From a virus (taxonomy: Duplodnaviria > Heunggongvirae > Uroviricota > Caudoviricetes): a stretch of DNA of 37,543 bases. A model generated the notes under the pieces. It saw only the letters and a program-made list of their open reading frames with translations. It searched no databases and was not told the origin of the DNA. The DNA lies in the IMG/VR virus record IMGVR_UViG_3300048904_000041, positions 1 to 37,543 of that record; one strand, 5' to 3'. Shown here in pieces: positions 1 through 5,681 of this stretch (its first letter is position 1; every line of letters starts with the position of its first letter). The translations under genes were made by a program, and so were the position numbers.

Positions 1-253
1 TTGGCGGATAAACTTGAGAGTAGAGTCGCTTGGCTTGTTCAAACAAACCACCGGACTTCATAATCGCTGTACTGTTCTTACGAATACAGAACCCGCGATA
101 GTTGGGATCATGTACCCAACGTAAGTGTCGCATCAATCCTACATAGCTCTTTGAGCTACCAGCAGCACCACCAACTACCACGATCTTAGCGTTAGTCTTT
201 AGGTACTTCTCCTGAAATGGGGATTGAGGACGCACTTTAACTTCAGTAGTCAT
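1..253 (-). CDS. terL: Terminase large subunit, N-terminal part (runs off window start)
   Basis: Manual translation MTTEVKVRPQSPFQEKYLKTNAKIVVVGGAAGSSKSYVGLMRHLRW...; Q motif plus Walker-A-like GGAAGSSKS; RBS GGAGG 6 nt upstream of ATG; not in the ORF track because truncated. Confidence 0.85.
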   Translation of the reverse strand, partial: MTTEVKVRPQSPFQEKYLKTNAKIVVVGGAAGSSKSYVGLMRHLRWVHDPNYRGFCIRKNSTAIMKSGGLFEQAKRLYSQVYPP

Positions 254-303
254 AGTGTTCCTCCAAGGAGATACTTGTTCAATATCTCCTGTTCATATTG
301 GAC

Positions 304-332
304 ATAATAGAGTATTATTTTTACTTTGTCAA
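304..332 (-). promoter_or_regulatory. sigma70-type promoter upstream of terL
   Basis: TTGACA-17 nt-TATTAT on minus strand. Confidence 0.7.
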
Positions 333-347
333 TACCCTGAACTAATA

Positions 348-788
348 TTATGCAAATTTTGCGAGATATTCTTTTGTCATCTTATCTCGACTACGACCAG
401 TGATACCTACAGACTTACAAACTTCCTTGAACTCGGTTTCCCAATCCATAGAATCAAGCTGCTCTTTAGTCCATGGTTTACCTTCGTTTGTGGACTTGTC
501 AGTAGTCTCTTTGTCTTCTGTTTCCATAGAGAAACCACCAGTCACTACCGGTTCAACAAAGGCAGCAAACACTTCCTTGTTGCTTTCAAACTCAAATACA
601 CGAAGACTTGCACTTGGAGTAGGTGGAGTTTCAGCTTCCAGTACCATAGAGATTACATGTGGGAAGGACGTGCGTGGGATAGTTCCCTCTTTCATTACAG
701 CACCGAGGTTTGCCATGTCGATGATGTTTTGCAGCCAGCCCATGCCAAAGGTGTCAGAGCTTGTGATTACCAGATGATACTTGTTCAT
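348..788 (-). CDS. Hypothetical protein, 146 aa, in packaging module
   Basis: RBS AAGGAG, ATG, co-oriented with neighbours. Confidence 0.8.
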   Translation of the reverse strand: MNKYHLVITSSDTFGMGWLQNIIDMANLGAVMKEGTIPRTSFPHVISMVLEAETPPTPSASLRVFEFESNKEVFAAFVEPVVTGGFSMETEDKETTDKSTNEGKPWTKEQLDSMDWETEFKEVCKSVGITGRSRDKMTKEYLAKFA

Positions 789-797
789 AATTTCTCC

Positions 798-1067
798 TTA
801 AGAGTGTTTAATGGTTGCTTCTTTAAGGCAAGATGCACGGATATACACCTGACCGTTATGTACGATAAAAGTTTGAGCGTGGTTAGCTACAGGAGGCTGA
901 ATGCCAACACCAAACCCACTAACAAACGAACCATTATGTTTCAATGCCCAATTCACACCAGCGAATGCATCAATTTTGTCATCATGACGTTTCACACAAT
1001 CATTCAGTTTTGTTTCTGAAATACATGATGTGAATTTATCAGCTTGTACGATATATTGGCTTTCCAT
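798..1067 (-). CDS. Hypothetical protein, 89 aa (start moved to MESQYIV)
   Basis: GAGG RBS before ATG at 1067; removes overlap with upstream gene. Confidence 0.7.
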   Translation of the reverse strand: MESQYIVQADKFTSCISETKLNDCVKRHDDKIDAFAGVNWALKHNGSFVSGFGVGIQPPVANHAQTFIVHNGQVYIRASCLKEATIKHS

Positions 1068-1077
1068 TATTAATTCC

Positions 1078-1512
1078 TCAGTGTTGGGTTTCAGGTGGCA
1101 TATCCATGCTGAATGCACCGGATGCCGTTGCTACAGGAGCAGCCTGATTGTTCTCAAGCTCTTCCGCACCGTCATTGTTACCTTTGTCACGAACGTTGAT
1201 GATCGCCATCTCTTCGCGAAGACAGGTGTTGTTCAGGCTTTCAATTGCCTTTACTACAAACTTAGCCATATCGACTTTTTCTTTAGATGGATCTTTTACT
1301 GGATTACCATCTTTATCTTTACCCGTCATACTTTGACGGATCAGTTCGATTGCTTCACTTTCAATGCTATACAACTTAGTTAGAGTTGTACGCATACGAC
1401 TCTTTGCTTTACCAGAACCTTTTGGACGACCGGCAGGATTACCGGACTTACCTTTTTGAAATCGCGTATCCCTTGCTTCCTCAAGTGGGGATACACCAAC
1501 ATCTTCTACCAT
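1078..1512 (-). CDS. Putative terminase small subunit (DUF5681-type motif)
   Basis: RFQKGKSGNPAGRPKGS motif typical of TerS-like/DUF5681 proteins; upstream of terL; RBS AGGAG. Confidence 0.65.
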   Translation of the reverse strand: MVEDVGVSPLEEARDTRFQKGKSGNPAGRPKGSGKAKSRMRTTLTKLYSIESEAIELIRQSMTGKDKDGNPVKDPSKEKVDMAKFVVKAIESLNNTCLREEMAIINVRDKGNNDGAEELENNQAAPVATASGAFSMDMPPETQH

Positions 1513-1585
1513 GTTAATGCTCCTGTTAATAATTGGACATACAGGATATGTTATAGGATGTCAAGTGATTTGTCAATAGATAGAC

Positions 1586-1617
1586 AAAAGAAACCCCGCA
1601 CTATGGCGGGGTTCTTT
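1586..1617 (-). terminator. Rho-independent terminator
   Basis: 8-bp GC-rich stem AACCCCGC/GCGGGGTT followed by TTCTTTT on minus strand. Confidence 0.8.
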
Positions 1618-1618
1618 A

Positions 1619-1900
1619 TTAAGTTGCAAGTTGTCCAGATGTTCGCTCGGCTGCGAGAATAGCATTGATTTTAGCTACAATTGCATTAATTGCGGTTTGT
1701 GCTGTTGTGATATCGGTAACAGTTTGTGCACCAAGGTTGGCGACAGCAGCAGATTGTTTTACTACACCCAACGCACTTGTTGTTGCGGCTGTTGGTGGAG
1801 TAGATCCTGCAAACAATGCGTCTAGTTCACCAAGCATAGCAGAACCTACAACACCATGCAAAGCTAGAGTTTCGACCAATTCAGAACGATTAGAAGCCAT
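1619..1900 (-). CDS. Head-fibre/decoration-like protein, 93 aa
   Basis: AATTSALGVVKQSAAVA...KINAILAA..SGQLA pattern recalled from the phage head-fibre family; GAGG RBS. Confidence 0.6.
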   Translation of the reverse strand: MASNRSELVETLALHGVVGSAMLGELDALFAGSTPPTAATTSALGVVKQSAAVANLGAQTVTDITTAQTAINAIVAKINAILAAERTSGQLAT

Positions 1901-1924
1901 ATTTATTTCCTCATTTTAATGATA

Positions 1925-1950
1925 CAAAAAAACCCGCACTTGGCGGGTCT
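1925..1950 (-). terminator. Rho-independent terminator closing the tRNA operon
   Basis: ACCCGC/GCGGGT stem followed by a T7 tract on minus strand. Confidence 0.85.
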
Positions 1951-1951
1951 A

Positions 1952-2157
1952 TTCTTGCCTTGCGGCTACAATTCCTTGTCGGGTAATTGTTATTCGTGAC
2001 TACTTCGACCGAAGCTCGTATGTCTTTCGGGGGTCACATAAACTCTAGGTCACCTGTGGGGACTCTTACCCCAATGAACGGGTTGCAAACCGATCCTCTA
2101 AGTTACCGCAGAACCCTCACGGTAAAGTGTTTGTCATATTAGGAGCGACCTAATCAT
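1952..2157 (-). ncRNA. Candidate structured ncRNA at 3' end of tRNA operon
   Basis: No credible ORF; consecutive hairpins ATTAGG/CCTAAT, TTACCG/CGGTAA, TGGGG/CCCCA, GTGAC/GTCAC, ACAATT/AATTGT, GCC-GCAA-GGC. Confidence 0.55.
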
Positions 2158-2158
2158 T

Positions 2159-2234
2159 TGGTGCTGAAGGTCAGATTCGAACTGACGGCTACCGCGTTAC
2201 AAAGGCGGTCACTTAGCCTCTAGCGTACTTCAGC
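2159..2234 (-). tRNA. tRNA-Thr(UGU)
   Basis: Cloverleaf folded by hand; acceptor GCTGAAG/CTTCAGC, C2-G71, T-loop TTCGAAT, encoded CCA; C31-C39 mismatch. Confidence 0.85.
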
Positions 2235-2235
2235 T

Positions 2236-2625
2236 TTATCTCTTTCTCTTGGATGAGACATTTCTAGCTCTGAATGTCGGTGTCATTGCGTGAAAATTCG
2301 GACATAGAATTTTAAGATTTTCGATTTTGCAATTGTGTGCATCACCATCAACATGATCCACTTCAGTCAATGTTCTACCATCTACAGGATGTTTTATATC
2401 CCATGAACAGACTTCACAAGCAGTCCCACGTGTTTCATGCAAATACCGATAGATGTAATGGGATAGGTCAGCCGTTTTACCACCACAACCCTTCTCATCA
2501 CCTTTCATCCAACGATCAATGTAATCTACATATCTCTTTTGTTGTTGGCATTTGTTTGAACAATAAAGACCCATCGTATTCTTCTTTGGTTTGTACTCTA
2601 ATAAGCAACCTTTACAGATAGTCAA
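2236..2625 (-). CDS. HNH endonuclease (free-standing homing type), possibly degenerate
   Basis: CEVC...EVDHVDGDAHNCKIENLKILCPNFH; TTG start with AAGGA RBS; sits between two tRNA genes. Confidence 0.85.
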   Translation of the reverse strand: MTICKGCLLEYKPKKNTMGLYCSNKCQQQKRYVDYIDRWMKGDEKGCGGKTADLSHYIYRYLHETRGTACEVCSWDIKHPVDGRTLTEVDHVDGDAHNCKIENLKILCPNFHAMTPTFRARNVSSKRKR

Positions 2626-2644
2626 GTGTATTCCTTTACTTAAT

Positions 2645-2721
2645 TGGTCAACCTATGAGGATTCGAACCTCAACTCCATCGTCCCAAACGATGTGTGCTA
2701 GCCGTTAAACACTATAGGTAG
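2645..2721 (-). tRNA. tRNA-Pro(UGG)
   Basis: Anticodon arm CATCG-TTTGGGA-CGATG, C1-G72, A73, encoded CCA; U2-U71 mismatch. Confidence 0.9.
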
Positions 2722-2726
2722 ATATT

Positions 2727-2801
2727 TGGTGCACATACAGAGAATCGAACTCTGATTGCCGGGGCGAAGACCCGGTGTCCTAACCGTTAGACGATATGTG
2801 C
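2727..2801 (-). tRNA. tRNA-Glu(UUC)
   Basis: GCACATA/TATGTGC acceptor, CCGGG-TCTTCGC-CCCGG anticodon arm, encoded CCA; atypical C33 and G37. Confidence 0.85.
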
Positions 2802-2851
2802 TTTAGATGGAACGGATAACTTGAATCTTAATGCCGTCTCATCATCTTAAT

Positions 2852-2927
2852 TGGCAGTCCTAACGGGAATTGAACCCGTGTCTCTCGCGTGACAGGCGAG
2901 TATAATCGACCACTATACGATAGGACT
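2852..2927 (-). tRNA. tRNA-Asp(GUC)
   Basis: AGTCCTA/TAGGACT acceptor, G73, CTCGC-CTGTCAC-GCGAG, encoded CCA. Confidence 0.92.
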
Positions 2928-2969
2928 AAATAAGTGCAATTCCCTGATGGTATATTGCGAACCGAACTC

Positions 2970-3096
2970 GGAGACTACGGATGGAATCGAACCATCTACC
3001 CTTACTCAAGCTGCGCAGCCCTTTCAAGTTTTAAACATCATCCACTTCACGCAAAACCAGATGCGCATCCAGAAGACCGTTGCAGATGTCGTAGTC
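2970..3096 (-). ncRNA. tRNA-like RNA 1 (127 nt, expanded body)
   Basis: Perfect 7-bp acceptor GACTACG/CGTAGTC, T arm GATGG-TTCGATT-CCATC, U73-C-C; ~50 extra nt and no canonical anticodon arm. Confidence 0.65.
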
Positions 3097-3104
3097 ATAA
3101 TATA

Positions 3105-3227
3105 GGAGGATCATAGTGGAATCGAACCACTATTAACTAGCCGCTAAACTAGTCTCAATGTGTAAAGTACCCACAACACTCGCTAACTACGTTTCGAACC
3201 GTCGATAGTTTGTGTCACATTTGATCC
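3105..3227 (-). ncRNA. tRNA-like RNA 2 (123 nt, expanded body)
   Basis: Acceptor GGATCA/TGATCC, T arm AGTGG-TTCGATT-CCACT, U73-C-C; internal hairpins replace the D and anticodon arms. Confidence 0.6.
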
Positions 3228-3234
3228 CATTGTT

Positions 3235-3310
3235 TGGCACCCACGGCACGACTCGAACGTGCGACCAACAGATTAACAGTCTGCTGCTCTACCAACTGAG
3301 CTACACGGGT
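3235..3310 (-). tRNA. tRNA-Asn(GUU)
   Basis: Canonical D arm GCTC-AGTTGGTA-GAGC, GCAGA-CTGTTAA-TCTGT, G73, encoded CCA. Confidence 0.92.
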
Positions 3311-3316
3311 ATAATT

Positions 3317-3395
3317 TGGTTGCGTGGGGCTGGATTTGAACCAGCGATTTCTAGCTTATGAGGCTAGTGAGATGACCAGACTTCTCTACCCCGCA
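3317..3395 (-). tRNA. tRNA-Met(CAU)
   Basis: CTAGC-CTCATAA-GCTAG, T arm GCTGG-TTCAAAT-CCAGC, encoded CCA; one extra A in the 3' acceptor strand. Met vs Ile2 not resolvable for certain. Confidence 0.85.
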
Positions 3396-3399
3396 ACAA

Positions 3400-3568
3400 T
3401 GGTCATTTGCAGTTGGGAATTCAGTGGTGCTATTAACCTGCTGACTCCGTATTCCAACCGCTTATTGATGTCACCGTGGAGCAAAGCTCAACACAATGAC
3501 AGCATCCCAAGTGTCACCCAATGCACACAGGAGAGGGATGTACACTGATACATCAACAAGGGAATGCT
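3400..3568 (-). ncRNA. Candidate structured RNA(s) at 5' end of tRNA operon
   Basis: Stems GTCATT/AATGAC, GCGGTTGGAAT/ATTCCCAACTGC, GAGC/GCTC, AGCATTCCC/GGGATGCT, GATGTA/TACATC. Confidence 0.5.
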
Positions 3569-3589
3569 CTATAATCTTTGTATTCGCTC

Positions 3590-3618
3590 ATTATAGCAAC
3601 ATCCCCGTCAGTTGTCAA
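3590..3618 (-). promoter_or_regulatory. Consensus sigma70 promoter of the tRNA operon
   Basis: TTGACA-17 nt-TATAAT, perfect consensus. Confidence 0.9.
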
Positions 3619-3652
3619 TACCCTTGTGAAATATTTTCAAACCCACTCTTCT

Positions 3653-3829
3653 TCAGACATTTGAGTTCCTGTGTCGGTAAAATGTGTTAGATTCAGTAAT
3701 AGACTCAAAAGCATATTCCCATTTGAAATTAGGGTTGTTTTCAAGTTCCTCACGTTTTGCATTTTCGATTAGATCATTGATTTCATCTACTTCACGCATC
3801 ACCTCTTCATAGCTACTATACCCATTCAT
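3653..3829 (-). CDS. Hypothetical acidic protein, 58 aa
   Basis: AAGGA RBS before ATG at 3829. Confidence 0.6.
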   Translation of the reverse strand: MNGYSSYEEVMREVDEINDLIENAKREELENNPNFKWEYAFESITESNTFYRHRNSNV

Positions 3830-3863
3830 CTCGTTTTCCTTATTAGTTAGTTGATAAAATAGT

Positions 3864-3893
3864 ATAGTAGCCCATAACATATCTATTTGTCAA
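3864..3893 (-). promoter_or_regulatory. sigma70-type promoter
   Basis: TTGACA-18 nt-TACTAT. Confidence 0.55.
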
Positions 3894-3896
3894 TAG

Positions 3897-4196
3897 TCAA
3901 TCGTTTCGTGTAACCCAATCAACTGCTTTAACAATGATATCACCGTGACATGACTGAGGCTTGCAGAAGCAACCTAGACGCTTACCTTTCAAAGATCGCA
4001 ACATGTCGTGAGTAACGAATCCTTCTTTCATCTGATGCCACAGATATTCTTTGTACGCAGCAACAGCTTCATCTCGGGTTTCTACCTTGTACAATGCTTT
4101 CGTTTCAGGCAAATGGCTAAATGGATTACCCCAAACAGAACCACGTCCAATGTAAACATCATACTCATCTTTATACTTGTTGACTACTGTAGCCAT
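3897..4196 (-). CDS. DUF4326-family protein
   Basis: VYIGRGSVWGNPF...LKGKRLGCFCKPQSCHGDII signature. Confidence 0.85.
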   Translation of the reverse strand: MATVVNKYKDEYDVYIGRGSVWGNPFSHLPETKALYKVETRDEAVAAYKEYLWHQMKEGFVTHDMLRSLKGKRLGCFCKPQSCHGDIIVKAVDWVTRND

Positions 4197-4360
4197 TCAT
4201 AGCTCCCACAAGGCCCGTCAAGACCTCCCATTGTATATTCTGGATCATGATCTAGGTTTACAGTTATCGCCTCACCTGCGTTATTATAGAGGCTTACAAA
4301 GCCACAAGAAGCGTCTACCAGATCAGCCGAGCAACCCAAATCCAAATCTACACCGTTCAA
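4184..4360 (-). CDS. Hypothetical protein, 58 aa
   Basis: Manual translation MNGVDLDLGC...EWLQ; TTG start overlaps upstream stop; GAGG RBS. Confidence 0.55.
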   Translation of the reverse strand: MNGVDLDLGCSADLVDASCGFVSLYNNAGEAITVNLDHDPEYTMGGLDGPCGSYEWLQ

Positions 4361-4587
4361 ACCAATACCTCACATTCCATGATTGTAAACTTTGTGCAAC
4401 CGAAGCTGCGTTCAAGTGACTTAGCTACAGCAGGGTGACGCTTGATTGCATCGTACATCCGATCAAGGTTCTCAGCCTCACACCAGTCACGCAGGTATTC
4501 AGCAGTCTCTTGACGTAAGCACGTATACAATACCTCGGTAGGCGCATTCACCAACACTTGCCACGCAATCAGTTCATTGTCGTTCAT
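4357..4587 (-). CDS. Hypothetical protein, 76 aa (ETAxYLRDWCEA paralog B)
   Basis: ATGA overlap with upstream gene, GGTGAGG RBS. Confidence 0.75.
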   Translation of the reverse strand: MNDNELIAWQVLVNAPTEVLYTCLRQETAEYLRDWCEAENLDRMYDAIKRHPAVAKSLERSFGCTKFTIMECEVLV

Positions 4588-4754
4588 TCGAAAGCCTCAC
4601 CTTGGAAAATATCAAAATTCTTACCAGTACCCAATTCGATTTCAACTGCTTCACACCAGTCACGAAGATATTTGGCAGTTTCCTCACTTAAAGTGATATG
4701 CATCGTGAACAGGTCTTGTGTATCTAAAACTTCCCAAACTCTTGTTGTACTCAT
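4584..4754 (-). CDS. Hypothetical protein, 56 aa (ETAxYLRDWCEA paralog A)
   Basis: Manual translation MSTTRVWEVLDTQDLFTMHITLSEETAKYLRDWCEAVEIELGTGKNFDIFQGEAFE; ATGA overlaps at both ends. Confidence 0.7.
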   Translation of the reverse strand: MSTTRVWEVLDTQDLFTMHITLSEETAKYLRDWCEAVEIELGTGKNFDIFQGEAFE

Positions 4755-5197
4755 TTCATCCACTCCGGTATGTCTTCGATGTATTCAATCTTACACTGTT
4801 CTGGTTTGTTGTCAACAACTTTCTTGCTTCTTGATTCACGTGTTGTCCTGCTAACCCGCTCTATCTTATACGTTTCAAGGCTTGTGTCAACACCTGTGTA
4901 GTACCAACAGAGATGAGGGCTAATCGAATGATTCCTCTCCTTCTTTGCCTTAACCAGACCTGATGATACCAAGGTCTTCAAAGCCTTTGCTGCCACTCTC
5001 ACTTCAAGGTCAAAGGCGTCAGCGATTGTTGCTTGTGTTTCGTAGTGATTACCCTTGAACTGGTTACACTTGTCAATCATGTGTACGAAGATGTTCTTCT
5101 CAGCCAGATCTAGCTTGTACTGCTTTCCATCATTTCCTATCACCCCTGAGCAAGACATTAGGTCTTTAGGGGCTTTGTAGAACATGTCTACATTCAT
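4751..5197 (-). CDS. Putative winged-HTH DNA-binding protein
   Basis: YETQATIADAFDLEVRVAAKALKTLVSSGLVK HTH pattern; GGAG RBS. Confidence 0.65.
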   Translation of the reverse strand: MNVDMFYKAPKDLMSCSGVIGNDGKQYKLDLAEKNIFVHMIDKCNQFKGNHYETQATIADAFDLEVRVAAKALKTLVSSGLVKAKKERNHSISPHLCWYYTGVDTSLETYKIERVSRTTRESRSKKVVDNKPEQCKIEYIEDIPEWMK

Positions 5198-5229
5198 ACC
5201 TAATCTCCGTGATATCCGAATTGGTCATC

Positions 5230-5258
5230 ACTATACATCCTGAAGACCGTGTAGGCAA
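5230..5258 (-). promoter_or_regulatory. Promoter of the wHTH gene
   Basis: TTGCCT-17 nt-TATAGT. Confidence 0.6.
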
Positions 5259-5327
5259 GAGCTTTTAAAGCTTTTCTCGTTCTCTTTCCTTGTTCTCTCT
5301 CACTCGTTCTCTATAGTACACGGTTTT

Positions 5328-5389
5328 GGTAGTCACGTGATATCCAAATCGGTAGTCACGTGATAGCGTTTTTCGTAGTCACATGTGAT
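5328..5389. repeat. Three direct repeats, 23-bp period, palindromic core TCACGTGA
   Basis: GGTAGTCACGTGATA at 5328 and 5351; CGTAGTCACATGTGAT at 5374; related copy at 5208-5231. Confidence 0.9.
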
Positions 5390-5400
5390 GAAATAAATGC

Positions 5401-5428
5401 TTGACACATTCCTAAATTGCTATAGAAT
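5401..5428 (+). promoter_or_regulatory. sigma70 promoter for the plus-strand metabolism operon
   Basis: TTGACA-16 nt-TAGAAT. Confidence 0.75.
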
Positions 5429-5457
5429 GTGCGGACAAACCAAACGGAGAGAAACAA

Positions 5458-5670
5458 ATGATCGACTGGAATAATGCTGAAATCACATGCTCTGAATTTG
5501 CGAAACCACGCGCTCAACATCTGATACACGCCGATCTTATGAAGATCATAGGTAATGACAATCATGCTTGGAGTCTCATCAGCGAGCTTGAAAACGCAGC
5601 ATGGGAATGTGGCGTTGAGGAAGCAAATGCATGGCAAGAAGCATTCAAACAAGACCCATACGCTCAATAA
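5458..5670 (+). CDS. Hypothetical protein, 70 aa
   Basis: GGAG RBS, first gene after promoter. Confidence 0.75.
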   Translation: MIDWNNAEITCSEFAKPRAQHLIHADLMKIIGNDNHAWSLISELENAAWECGVEEANAWQEAFKQDPYAQ

Positions 5671-5681
5671 GGAGAAGCACA

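Noticed and set aside
2100-2158. Theta/HDV-like ribozyme at the tRNA-Thr 3' end
   Set aside because: The sequence after CCA starts AATG, not G, and I could not build the nested double pseudoknot by hand; kept only as a generic structured RNA
2802-2851. Possible degenerate tRNA remnant between tRNA-Asp and tRNA-Glu
   Set aside because: Only a TTCAAGT heptamer and a weak GACGG/CCGTT pairing; no T stem; indistinguishable from chance
2970-3096. Canonical tRNA-Cys/Ser/Leu or tmRNA call for tRNA-like RNA 1
   Set aside because: Anticodon-loop-like heptamers (CTGCAAC, CTTGAAA, TTTAAAA) lack a flanking 5-bp stem at the right position; no G3-U70 alanine identity and no tag ORF
5328-5389. Repeat array as CRISPR or as parS
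   Set aside because: Spacers are only 8 bp and there is no cas gene. The flanks (GTAG/TA) do not match the parS GTT/AAC arms; only the CACGTG core is shared
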